This document shows positions 1 through 9,328 of a stretch of 64,000 bases of DNA, piece by piece (the stretch's first letter is position 1; each line of letters opens with the position of its first letter). A model generated the notes under the pieces. That model ran no database searches and was not told the DNA's origin. It saw nothing but the letters and a program-made list of their open reading frames with translations. Location of the stretch: positions 56,898 through 120,897 of the forward strand of contig RDOA01000005.1 of NCBI GenBank assembly GCA_011364925.1, given 5' to 3'. Made by a program: the position numbers and the translations under genes. The DNA comes from Promethearchaeota archaeon. Its GTDB lineage: Archaea > Asgardarchaeota > Lokiarchaeia > Sigyniarchaeales > SOKP01.

Positions 1-90
1 ACTTACTCTACATTTTTTTTCCAATATTTTCATAACTATTTCAAATATTACCTCCAAAATTTTTGTGGATTTGATACCAGCTCGTTAAAA

Positions 91-1719
91 TTGATAATAA
101 AAGAGAAAATATCTGACGACCAGTTATTTTTAGAGTATAGCTATACCCTATCTCCCGAAGAACAGGATTATTTTCGGGAATTCCGTGAGAATTTTGACGA
201 CGGTGCAGATGGAATAACTACTCCATTTGGTTATCTTTATCTCGTTGTAGCAATTTTGGGAGTAGTGTTAAGAAAGCTTCTGAAAGAAAAATTTTTTATA
301 ATTTTAGATGGAGCTGTATTAAAGAATGGTGAGAATAATAACACTTTAAAATTTCTAGTTGTTATAAAAAACAGTCACGATGAGCTCTTTGCTAACTATT
401 ATTATATGTATTTAATATATTTTTTGAAATATTTTAAAGATATTCCAAAATCCTATTTTGATAAGCTTCTAAAAGGGAGAGAGAAAGTATATCAGATTGC
501 GATTGAAGAATATTCTTTTGCTAAAGATAAACTTGTTGATCTGTTGTATTACTTCTATAAAAAGTGTAATCTCCTTCAAAATTTCTCACCACTTCTAGAT
601 TTTTTAAATTTCGTGTGTAGCCGAGTCGAAGACTCTGTATTTCCTAAATTGGATATCATCAGAAAAGAGTTCTTACAAAACTTTGATTATTCTGAAGAAA
701 AAAAAAATTCATTGCTTCGAATTTTTGATTTCATTGATAAGAAATCTACCCTATATAGTACATTTCAGGCGAACAACCTCCCAAGCCACAAAGCACAATT
801 TAACTTGTTTCTGTTGTATACAAAATACTTTTTTGGCGGTGGAAGCTTAGAGGCTTTGGAAGTTGGAGATTTTTTACTATTACCCGCGGATTTTAAAGAA
901 GCGTTGAATGCAACCAATAATCAAATCGAAAATACAATTACTGCTACTACTATAAAAGACATTAGAGAATTTTTGGATAATTTTTCAATCGCATCGAATT
1001 TAGAGAATCCAAATCTAATTTTTAGAATTATTTTTGGGAAGGAAATTTCCCAGATTAATTACGACTTCTTTAAAGCTTTCTTACATAGTTTAAACACTAG
1101 CATTCAGCGTTTAATAGATAAAGAAAATAAAATTTTAGAAGAAGACCCTAACAACGAGCCATTAACCTTTAAGTTAGTAGTTGATCATATTTGTAGGATG
1201 CTATACACTTTAATAGATAAAATTTTTATAAGAAAACTTCCAGGACAAGCATCTAAAAACTTTATTGACCCTAGAAGCAGATATATTGGGAGAAATATAG
1301 CTTTGAGGGTATTGGAATTGTTCATTTTCAGCGACTTAAATGTCTCAGACGATGTGTGGCCTGATTACATAATAAGTATGAAAAAAGATGTTTTAACAAA
1401 AGACTTAGAAAAATTCAATGTGAAAATTCCAGAAAATCTGTTCTATAACTACGAAGATATTGCAAGATTCGTCGTTACCTTTAATTTTCTCCCCAGTAAT
1501 CAGCCTTTATTCGAAGAATGGGTAATCAATGGAATAATGATGCCGATAAACGAATTTATTTTAAAGATTCATAGTTTAATTAAAGATAAGGCTAAAGGTG
1601 TTGAAATTCACGAAATTCTCTATAATTACTTCATTAATAATATAGAAGGAATAAATAATCATCAAGAATTAGAATTTGTTTGTCAACAGCTCTCCGTTGT
1701 TTGGAACAATTCGAAGTAA
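91..1719 (+). CDS. Hypothetical alpha-helical protein (542 aa)
   Basis: Long ORF; no recognisable motif. Confidence 0.6.
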   Translation: MIIKEKISDDQLFLEYSYTLSPEEQDYFREFRENFDDGADGITTPFGYLYLVVAILGVVLRKLLKEKFFIILDGAVLKNGENNNTLKFLVVIKNSHDELFANYYYMYLIYFLKYFKDIPKSYFDKLLKGREKVYQIAIEEYSFAKDKLVDLLYYFYKKCNLLQNFSPLLDFLNFVCSRVEDSVFPKLDIIRKEFLQNFDYSEEKKNSLLRIFDFIDKKSTLYSTFQANNLPSHKAQFNLFLLYTKYFFGGGSLEALEVGDFLLLPADFKEALNATNNQIENTITATTIKDIREFLDNFSIASNLENPNLIFRIIFGKEISQINYDFFKAFLHSLNTSIQRLIDKENKILEEDPNNEPLTFKLVVDHICRMLYTLIDKIFIRKLPGQASKNFIDPRSRYIGRNIALRVLELFIFSDLNVSDDVWPDYIISMKKDVLTKDLEKFNVKIPENLFYNYEDIARFVVTFNFLPSNQPLFEEWVINGIMMPINEFILKIHSLIKDKAKGVEIHEILYNYFINNIEGINNHQELEFVCQQLSVVWNNSK

Positions 1720-1740
1720 ATCCAAAAAGTAAATATCAAT

Positions 1741-2244
1741 TCATGAGATTTCAAATATTTGGCAAAAATCTTCGAAATTATTCTCAACATCAAGTATTGG
1801 CGCCCTAATTTCTTTGATTTGATTAATGTTACTTGTTGTAATTAAACCAGAAATCATTTTAATATAATTATTGAATTGTTCATCTATTTGATTTAAATTT
1901 TCAACACATAAGATTGTTGGGTAAGGTAAATTCCTAAAACTTTCAAAAAAAAGAATGTCTAATTTGAAAGGGCTCTTTTCTAACCATTTTATCAGATCTT
2001 CCAAATTAATTTCATCTTTAAGAAAAATTGCGCTCTCACCAGCTTTATTCTGTATAATTGAAAAAACTGCACCAGATTTAGAAAATCTATAAGAATCTTT
2101 TCCTTCTTCATCGATTTGGTGTTCGTGTATATATTTTATTACACCTACTTTTAAGTTCAGTTCAAATTTCAATTTACTTATAAGATTCTCAATAAGAATC
2201 GTCTTTCCTGAACCAGAATACCCAATCACATTAATTATTTTCAT
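1741..2244 (-). CDS. mobB: Molybdopterin-guanine dinucleotide biosynthesis protein B
   Basis: IINVIGYSGSGKT P-loop, VGVIKYIH, GKDSYRF motifs. Confidence 0.85.
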   Translation of the reverse strand: MKIINVIGYSGSGKTILIENLISKLKFELNLKVGVIKYIHEHQIDEEGKDSYRFSKSGAVFSIIQNKAGESAIFLKDEINLEDLIKWLEKSPFKLDILFFESFRNLPYPTILCVENLNQIDEQFNNYIKMISGLITTSNINQIKEIRAPILDVENNFEDFCQIFEIS

Positions 2245-2366
2245 TTAAAACTGCCAAATCTTAACTTTTTTAAAAAATCCTAGAGATTTAATATAAGTAT
2301 TAATATCTAAAAAGTGTTAAAAGAATTAACTTTCCATTGAGACAAACGAAATAGTTCCGTCTAATC

Positions 2367-4367
2367 ATGACCACGAAAAATGAAATAATTGTATTCGACG
2401 CCAATTTCTTTATTTGCATGAATTCCATTCGAGCAAAAAACATACTGGAAAATTTAAAATCAGCTGCTTCAGATCTAGGTTTTGTATATTACACAAGTAC
2501 CGTTGTCTTTGATGAAATTAAAGCCTCGAGTACGTATCGAGACAAGTTTCAAAACATTATAAAAGTTGAAAAAATAGAAGAATTAGAGATTGACTCAATT
2601 AAAAACGACCTAAGCACTGAAGGTATTCGTTTTCCTGCTCAAGATCCTGATTTATCCTTATTATCATTATCTCAGAAATTACTCGATGATGACAACAATC
2701 GTATGATCAATTTAGTTTCAGACGATTTTAAACTTGTAAAAAATGCTAATATATTCTTCCATGGAAAAATAAATATTTTGTCTCTTTCGAGTTTTTTATT
2801 AAAAATCCATAGAACAATCCCAAATAAACAATTACGAAGCTATTTTAAAAATTTATGGAAAAAAAGTTTGAACTACACCTTAGCATATATGATAGAACGC
2901 TCTAAAATCTATCCTGCTGAAGAAAAGATCACATGGTTAATTGAAAAAGCAATAAGTGTTACCCAAGACTCAATTATTACCCAAGATGCGCGCTATGGTG
3001 ATAATCAAAAGGATCATGTTAAATTTGAGATTGGAAAAAGTAAATACGAGAATGAAATTACTATTTGTGAAAAATATATTGGAAATCAAAAACTTGCGAA
3101 TAGTGAAGAAAAATACCTTACGGGAATAATCAATTTCCTTGAAAATTTAAAAATATCTCGCGAGTATGTAATACAAGCTCGCAAGGCGATTGAAAAACAG
3201 GAATCAAAAGATGCGGTAAAATATTTAAAAAAGGGAAATGGATTCTTAATTTCGCTTTTGCAAATTGCTTCAGGGCAGTTATCCAATCCCAAGGATTATG
3301 AGATTGTCGAACAATTAATCTGTAGCGAAATTTCAAAGATGGAGTTCTTAAGAGCCTTCATCTTAATTTCGTTAGGAAGGGTTAATAATGCTATTGATTC
3401 GTTAGAACGAGCAGCGCTTTTTTCTACGATAATTCATAATCATCAAACTTGTTTAACTTTAAATTATGTAAAAGCCTTAATCCTTTTGTTTCATGGGTTA
3501 TACAACAACGCGATTATGGCATATAACTTTACGGAAGAGCTAGCAGACATCTATAACGATGAACGCCTTAAACTCAAATGTGCTATAGGAAAAAGTATAG
3601 CGCTTTATATTCAAGGTGAGGATAGCGAAACAGCAATGGCAATAATGGAGGAGATTTCATTAATGGACATGGAGAAAAACTTCTTAGACGCGGTTATCGT
3701 ATTTGGCGAGCTCGGGGATTATTTCTTAGCCTTAGGTCACTCCCAATTAGCAGCAAATTTGTATAATGAGGCGCTAGAAATAAGTATTGACTACAATCTC
3801 AAGATCAGGAGCGATATTCTCATAGAAAAATTAAAACGTTCATACATCGCAACAGTTCTGAATGGGTATTCCACAGAGGATATTATGGTTGATAAATTGG
3901 ATGTCTTGCTTAATAGGGCTTACGCAGTAAAGGAAATTGAGAAATATAATGAACAGATTAAGAAAATATCTAGCTTTAACATTTTATTTTATACACCCTT
4001 TCCCTATATCACTGGTAAAAAAAAATTAGTCCCATATATAAAACTTCCTAAAGAGCTACAAGAGGATTATTTAGAAGTTGTTCATTTCGAAAAAATTGGT
4101 GACAAAGATGGCTCTAAATATCTTTTCGTAGTTTCTCACTATGAACTTGGATTACTTGGAATTATTCTAAAGACTGATGAGAGGGTAACTGGTATAGCAG
4201 AAAATTATACTTTGAAATTAAAACCTACATCAAAAGTTAAAATCTACAATCCATCCGCAAATTTAAAAGATACCTACTTGGTTAGAGCGATCGTAGAGGT
4301 TGTATCAAAAGATGAATGCGAAATTGTATATTCACTACCTTCTTTCTTTAAGGCGTTAAATATATAA
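2367..4367 (+). CDS. PIN-domain protein with TPR-like repeats
   Basis: N-terminal IVFDANFFI, VFDEI, DPDLSLL, LVSDDFKL (PIN acidic residues), followed by TPR-like helices. Confidence 0.7.
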   Translation: MTTKNEIIVFDANFFICMNSIRAKNILENLKSAASDLGFVYYTSTVVFDEIKASSTYRDKFQNIIKVEKIEELEIDSIKNDLSTEGIRFPAQDPDLSLLSLSQKLLDDDNNRMINLVSDDFKLVKNANIFFHGKINILSLSSFLLKIHRTIPNKQLRSYFKNLWKKSLNYTLAYMIERSKIYPAEEKITWLIEKAISVTQDSIITQDARYGDNQKDHVKFEIGKSKYENEITICEKYIGNQKLANSEEKYLTGIINFLENLKISREYVIQARKAIEKQESKDAVKYLKKGNGFLISLLQIASGQLSNPKDYEIVEQLICSEISKMEFLRAFILISLGRVNNAIDSLERAALFSTIIHNHQTCLTLNYVKALILLFHGLYNNAIMAYNFTEELADIYNDERLKLKCAIGKSIALYIQGEDSETAMAIMEEISLMDMEKNFLDAVIVFGELGDYFLALGHSQLAANLYNEALEISIDYNLKIRSDILIEKLKRSYIATVLNGYSTEDIMVDKLDVLLNRAYAVKEIEKYNEQIKKISSFNILFYTPFPYITGKKKLVPYIKLPKELQEDYLEVVHFEKIGDKDGSKYLFVVSHYELGLLGIILKTDERVTGIAENYTLKLKPTSKVKIYNPSANLKDTYLVRAIVEVVSKDECEIVYSLPSFFKALNI

Positions 4368-4368
4368 C

Positions 4369-4641
4369 CTAATATTTTCTTAATTGTTTATCTCGTTGGC
4401 TAACTTGATGACCGTGAATAGCACAACTTATGCAGTAATAATTCTTCTTACTGGGGGTCTGAATAATAGTCCCTTCTTTCTTGAGTTCTGTAAACATTCT
4501 CCCATCGACTAATGAAACTCGTCTTGTGACAGCTTTTGCTTTACTACGAGGTACAAAACGCCCACACTTATAACATTGAACGCGATTATAATGACCCTTG
4601 CTTGAGCCACTTTTTCCGCCACTTCTTCTTTTTTTAGGAAT
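4369..4641 (-). CDS. rps26e: Ribosomal protein eS26 (90 aa; ATT start; missed by ORF track)
   Basis: Manual translation (I)PKKRRSGGKSGSSKGHYNRVQCYKCGRFVPRSKA...YCISCAIH, the S26e signature. Confidence 0.93.
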   Translation of the reverse strand: MPKKRRSGGKSGSSKGHYNRVQCYKCGRFVPRSKAKAVTRRVSLVDGRMFTELKKEGTIIQTPSKKNYYCISCAIHGHQVSQRDKQLRKY

Positions 4642-4765
4642 AAAAATCAGCTTTTTTTTCTGTTTTCTACATCTTAGAATAAGACAAACCTTAAAAAATT
4701 TATTCTTTCACTGTGAAAATTAGCATAAACGTACTCATTTTTAGCTTTATTTCACGAAGAAATGG

Positions 4766-5461
4766 TTAACTTTCATTGATCGCTTCGATTTTACTTAAAG
4801 CTTTAAAAGAATATACTAACCTTTGAATCACTGTCAAAATGAGTAAGCCTGTGAATACTATTGTGAAAATAGGAAAAAACAAAGTGAAAGGCGCTCCATA
4901 CAAAAGATTAGAAATGAAATAGATCCAATACTCAATAATAAAGGCTAACCAAAGAACAATCATTCTTTCAGCTCTTTCCATAAAACCTACGCCTTTCATG
5001 TCAATACCCTCGTTTTCAGCTCTCGCGCGAACATACGAAATCATAATGATTAAAAACATAATCGCAAATCCAATTAGATAATTGAAATAACCCCCTATTA
5101 TTAACCCTAAAACTAGTAAAGCATCAGATAGTCGATCTAGATTCGAATCTAAAAAAGCTCCTGATTTTGAAATATTTTCTGTCCTGCGAGCAACTTCTCC
5201 ATCAAAAACATCAAAGGCTCCTGCCCAGAACATTGTAAATGGGACAATCCACGCTATTTGAAAAGGAAAATGCAACCCTCCGTACGCGAGTAGAACAGCT
5301 ACTACTACAGAACAAAAAAATCCGCAATAAGACAAGAAATTTGGTGTAAATCCATGTTTAATTAGTATTTTGACTGGATAATCAACAAATTTATTTAACA
5401 GTCTTCGCTGGTTATTCCGTTTTGCGTTAGCTTGTTCAGATTTGCTCAAATTTTCAGCCAA
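4766..5461 (-). CDS. CDP-alcohol phosphatidyltransferase (archaetidylinositol-phosphate synthase-like)
   Basis: DVFDGEVAR...GAFLDSNLDRLSD motif; TM helices. Confidence 0.88.
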   Translation of the reverse strand: MAENLSKSEQANAKRNNQRRLLNKFVDYPVKILIKHGFTPNFLSYCGFFCSVVVAVLLAYGGLHFPFQIAWIVPFTMFWAGAFDVFDGEVARRTENISKSGAFLDSNLDRLSDALLVLGLIIGGYFNYLIGFAIMFLIIMISYVRARAENEGIDMKGVGFMERAERMIVLWLAFIIEYWIYFISNLLYGAPFTLFFPIFTIVFTGLLILTVIQRLVYSFKALSKIEAINES

Positions 5462-5513
5462 TATTAGTTTTATCGATAATTAATTTTAAAAGTACTTTAA
5501 AATAAAAAATTTT

Positions 5514-6110
5514 TCATACTAATAATTGCAGATTGATTTTGATTAAACGAATCGTGGAAGATGCTAAATATGAGCGATGTCCTAAGCTCAGATTTGTCAA
5601 ATTCATCTTTTTCAATTCATTATCAATTAGAAAATCACCGCTTTGATCTCCAATGAGAAATAATAAATTATCTTTTGACTTCAATTTCCTAAACTCTTTT
5701 CTATAATCATTACCAGATTCGTTTAACACATATATTTTATAATTTCGTTTAGTAAAATCCCTAATTGCATCAAAAATACTTTTCTCGGAGTATATTACTG
5801 ATTCAAGTGTTTTAGGGTGGTTTTCTGTTTTGGTCTTATTCTTAATCAAGCCTACAAAAGAATCTGTCAGTAAAATTTCATTTTTCGGAAAAGTCTCATT
5901 ATTTAGATAATTAGAATCAAAGATATATGTTCCATAATTATCAAGAAAAATCCAAATTTGAATATCTTTTTCAATTTCTTTTTCATTTAGAATAGCTGAT
6001 AAGACACATCTTGAAATAACATCAAGCCTTCCAGATGACCCCGGGATATCTTTGATATTATACTTACTGATGTTAACAGTTGCTGATTTTAAAAAATAGA
6101 TAATACTCAT
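5514..6110 (-). CDS. trmY: tRNA pseudouridine-54 N1-methyltransferase (SPOUT)
   Basis: GSSGRLDVISRC; FLIGDQ...LSLG SPOUT knot. Confidence 0.8.
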   Translation of the reverse strand: MSIIYFLKSATVNISKYNIKDIPGSSGRLDVISRCVLSAILNEKEIEKDIQIWIFLDNYGTYIFDSNYLNNETFPKNEILLTDSFVGLIKNKTKTENHPKTLESVIYSEKSIFDAIRDFTKRNYKIYVLNESGNDYRKEFRKLKSKDNLLFLIGDQSGDFLIDNELKKMNLTNLSLGHRSYLASSTIRLIKINLQLLV

Positions 6111-6217
6111 TAACTTAAAGCCGATCTAATCGAAATATCTGGTCTATTATGATTAGGAATACCACATTTGGATATATTATTTACTTTTTCGACCTAAAAA
6201 CACTTCTGAAATTCCTT

Positions 6218-6529
6218 TTACTTTACCTTTCTCTTTTTAAAGCGAGCAATTAAATAAAAAGCACTCATCATGATTGTTATCGAAAGTACAATTCCGAGAA
6301 TTCCAGCAATATAATCATTATTAAGCCAAGATAAAATAGGAATCCAAGGTGAAAATAGATTATCGAGCCAATCTTCACCATGATAATCAATTAAGACTCT
6401 TTCTAAACCATCAGGAGCATTAGAAAGAAATCCAATCCTAAATCCTACTGATATTACTAACATTAATGAAGTGATAACGATTAATATAACAATTAATGGC
6501 CATTTATTCCTTTTTAATATGCTTATTAT
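6218..6529 (-). CDS. PDGLE-domain protein (NikN/CbiN-like ECF accessory); probable ATA start overlapping the cbiM stop
   Basis: APDGLE motif; the frame extends 22 codons upstream of the ATG at 6463, adding the first TM helix; GGAGTG lies upstream. Confidence 0.72.
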   Translation of the reverse strand: MISILKRNKWPLIVILIVITSLMLVISVGFRIGFLSNAPDGLERVLIDYHGEDWLDNLFSPWIPILSWLNNDYIAGILGIVLSITIMMSAFYLIARFKKRKVK

Positions 6530-7200
6530 TAGTTCACTCCCAATATTGATTCAGTTGTAATAAGATCAGGTTTGGCTTTATAAATATAGAATATAATTAA
6601 CGCAGATATTATTCCTTCACCAATTCCAATTAAAAGATGCCAAAAAACCATAGCAGGTACAGCGATTGCTATTGGTACTTTACCACCAATCGCAATTTCA
6701 ATGCCGCATATGAAGGAAGCTAATACAATTGCAATATAGGATCCTATCGCAGTTGCGATCGATACTTTTAATTCTTTTTTGAGGGATGTTTTATTTAAAG
6801 CTCTTACTAACAATGTAACCAAATAAAAACCTACGATTCCTCCGATTATTCCCATATTGAAAGCGTTCGCTCCTAGCGCAGTAATGCCACCATCTGCAAA
6901 AAGACTTTGGATTACTAAAATTAGAAATAAAACTATGACTGATGCCCATGGACCAAGGATAACAGCTACTAGAGTGCCTCCTACCAAATGGCCGGATGTT
7001 CCTCCAGGTACAGGATAATTAACAAACTGAAAAGCAAAAATTATTGCAGCTAAAACTCCAATATATGGGATTAACTTTTCAGAATCCTCTTTTTCAAACA
7101 TTTTACCCATTCTAAAATATCCAAGGATCATTACGGTAACGGTAATAACCCATAACACTATCGTAGTAACAGGATCAAGTAACCCGTCAGGTAGATGCAT
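6529..7200 (-). CDS. cbiM: ECF Ni/Co transporter S component CbiM/NikM
   Basis: MHLPDG N-terminus, GTSGHLVGG, DGGITALGAN. Confidence 0.92.
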   Translation of the reverse strand: MHLPDGLLDPVTTIVLWVITVTVMILGYFRMGKMFEKEDSEKLIPYIGVLAAIIFAFQFVNYPVPGGTSGHLVGGTLVAVILGPWASVIVLFLILVIQSLFADGGITALGANAFNMGIIGGIVGFYLVTLLVRALNKTSLKKELKVSIATAIGSYIAIVLASFICGIEIAIGGKVPIAIAVPAMVFWHLLIGIGEGIISALIIFYIYKAKPDLITTESILGVN

Positions 7201-7240
7201 TTTTGATTTTTCTATTATTTATTATCGATTAATTTTTCAG

Positions 7241-7263
7241 TTATGAATAATATTTTATCATAA
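7241..7263. promoter_or_regulatory. Palindrome TTATGA-N11-TCATAA between divergent ECF genes; possible metalloregulator operator
   Basis: 6-bp inverted repeat in the divergent promoter; the region is AT-rich, so chance occurrence is possible. Confidence 0.3.
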
Positions 7264-7329
7264 TTTAGTATTATTTAAAAAAGATATGATAATTTTATAA
7301 TCTAGTATGAAATGACAAATTAGAATGAA

Positions 7330-8205
7330 TTGCGTTTTACACATCAATATACACTATTTTTTGAACGATCTAAAAGAGAACTAAGGAGATATAAAAAATT
7401 GGACATAGAATTACCTTTCAAACACGAAACAGAGAAAAACTTTTTAAGTAAGATACATCCTTTAATTCGAGTCTTTCTTCCTTTTATATTAGTTATCCCG
7501 TTTATTCTATTATATGATGTTTATTTAGTGATCGCTATAACTCTGCTTTCTTTTTTTTTAAATCTCGCATTTAACTTACATCCTTTTAAGATTTTATCAA
7601 AAATAAAAGCACTAATTCCATTCATTCTTCTTATCACCATCTTCATTCCTTTTTATGTTGGAAACACGGTGTTATTCCAATTAAATATTGGAATCACATT
7701 AAACATTTACCAAGAGGGATTAACCCTCGCGTTAACCTTATTTTTTCGTATTTTTGGGGCTGCGTTTATTTTTATGACATTTCTAACCTCACTAACATAT
7801 TCTGAATTTATTGAAGCATTAACTAAACTCAGAGTAGTTCCTCCATTTTTTATTGGAAGTATAGTTATCATGCTTCATTATATTCCAATTTTAGCGATGT
7901 CTAATAAAAAAGTATTAGATGCCCAAGATTTAAGAGGAAAAAACTTTACATCCTATTGGCAAAGAATAAAAGCTCATGCGTTTATTATGGGAAAAAATGT
8001 AGTGCACAATATGGAGAGGAGTGAAAAGTTATATGAAAGTTTAAAATTGAGGGGATTTTCTGGTAGGATTACCTTTTCTTCAAAAAAATTGAAATTAGTG
8101 GACATTCTTATGGTATTACTATTTTTAAGTATCATCTTCGCACTTATTTACTTTATACATATAAAGCAAATACAAATTGAGGTTTTTCAATTATTTATCT
8201 TATAG
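7330..8205 (+). CDS. cbiQ: ECF transmembrane T component CbiQ
   Basis: Multi-TM; AQDLRG and SLKLRGF motifs. Confidence 0.85.
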   Translation: MRFTHQYTLFFERSKRELRRYKKLDIELPFKHETEKNFLSKIHPLIRVFLPFILVIPFILLYDVYLVIAITLLSFFLNLAFNLHPFKILSKIKALIPFILLITIFIPFYVGNTVLFQLNIGITLNIYQEGLTLALTLFFRIFGAAFIFMTFLTSLTYSEFIEALTKLRVVPPFFIGSIVIMLHYIPILAMSNKKVLDAQDLRGKNFTSYWQRIKAHAFIMGKNVVHNMERSEKLYESLKLRGFSGRITFSSKKLKLVDILMVLLFLSIIFALIYFIHIKQIQIEVFQLFIL

Positions 8206-8942
8206 AAGTGGAAAATTTGAGTTTTGAATATAATTCAGATTTTTCCATTGAAAATTTGTCATTCAAAATCGAGGAAAGTTCAATATACGCTCTGACAGGA
8301 AACAATGGCTCTGGAAAAACAACTGTACTTCGGTTATTAGTTGGTTTATTAAAGCCTAAGGAAGGGAAAATTAAAATTTTTGACGAATTCTTAACAAGAA
8401 ACAGAAATCAATTATGGAAATTACGTCAGCAAATTGGATTTCTATTTCAAAATCCCGATGATCAGTTATTTGCTCCAACAATAAGAGAAGATATAGGTTT
8501 TGGAGCAAGGAATCTAGGACTTGAAGAAAGCGAGATTAACGACAGAGTTGAATGGGCGCTAGATGCCGTTAATTTGACCCAATATGGTAATAGTTCGCCA
8601 TATTATTTATCTTGGGGTCAAAAAAAGCGAGCTGCTTTAGCAGGATTATTAGTTATGAGACCTAAATTATTAATATTAGATGAACCCTTTGCAAATCTTG
8701 ATTTCAAATCTATATATAATCATTTGCAAATTTTTAACACTCTTAAAAAAGAGCAGAAAATGACAATTTTATTTACTACTCACAATCTTTTCTTTATAGA
8801 AAATTGGGCAGATAAAATGCTTGTTTTAAATGACGGAAAGGTTATGTTCGAAGGTCTTCCAGAAGAGGGCTTAAAAAATCCCAAAGTCAAAGAAGTATTA
8901 GGTTCTTATACAGAACTTCTAACTCTTATTGATAAAAAATAA
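8190..8942 (+). CDS. cbiO: ECF ATPase CbiO/EcfA (likely ATT start at 8190 or 8193)
   Basis: GNNGSGKTT, FQNPDDQLF, LSWGQKKR, LDEP; the upstream frame adds IIYLIEVENLSF after GAGG. Confidence 0.88.
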   Translation: MIYLIEVENLSFEYNSDFSIENLSFKIEESSIYALTGNNGSGKTTVLRLLVGLLKPKEGKIKIFDEFLTRNRNQLWKLRQQIGFLFQNPDDQLFAPTIREDIGFGARNLGLEESEINDRVEWALDAVNLTQYGNSSPYYLSWGQKKRAALAGLLVMRPKLLILDEPFANLDFKSIYNHLQIFNTLKKEQKMTILFTTHNLFFIENWADKMLVLNDGKVMFEGLPEEGLKNPKVKEVLGSYTELLTLIDKK

Positions 8943-8964
8943 TGATGTGTTCTGACAAAATAGA

Positions 8965-8979
8965 ATAAGTTTTTTTAAC
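8965..8979 (+). promoter_or_regulatory. BRE/TATA-like promoter of the ncRNA
   Basis: AATAAGTTTTTTTAA ~22 nt before 9000; the same AGTTTTTTTAA form precedes tRNA-Phe (~49573) and tRNA-Gly (~34235). Confidence 0.5.
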
Positions 8980-8999
8980 TTCATTTTATATTGTTACAT

Positions 9000-9303
9000 G
9001 GGAAAATGATGATGGAGCATTAGCATATTCGAGGACGCGTATGATTAACCGTGATTACGCGTGCAATGTTATGCAAACATCCTGAATTTATTAATCAACA
9101 ATTTCCTGTAAAAATGGGCTCTTAATCTAGCAATGGTAATACCGTGCAATGAGATTTGAGTCAGTACCCAGGCAGGATACATGATTATGTCCCGAAAAGG
9201 CATAGAAATTAACGCCTAGCACGAGAGAACTTATTTGATTAATGGTATACCCATTGAGTGATAAATTTGCGTTAGTGCACTAGGCAACAATATATGCTGA
9301 TTT
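9000..9303 (+). ncRNA. Three-hairpin H/ACA guide RNA with terminal C/D boxes
   Basis: Hairpins 9023-9074, 9104-9177 and 9214-9285, each followed by ACA (9077, 9179, 9287); ATGATGA at 9006 and CTGA at 9297; pocket 1 is complementary to 23S UUGC-U-A-CCUCGA. Confidence 0.75.
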
Positions 9304-9328
9304 AACGAATAATAGATTAAGACACTAA

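Noticed and set aside
9181-9207. SECIS-like ATGA...GA hairpin
   Set aside because: The stem is too short and no in-frame TGA selenoprotein was seen nearby
9000-9303. SRP RNA, RNase P RNA, cobalamin riboswitch or group I/II intron as the identity of the structured RNA
   Set aside because: It lacks the SRP helix-8 motif, the RNase P GAGGAAAGUCC and intron cores. CTGTAA and GAGTCAG resemble a B12 element only weakly, and the RNA is not upstream of any co-oriented gene.
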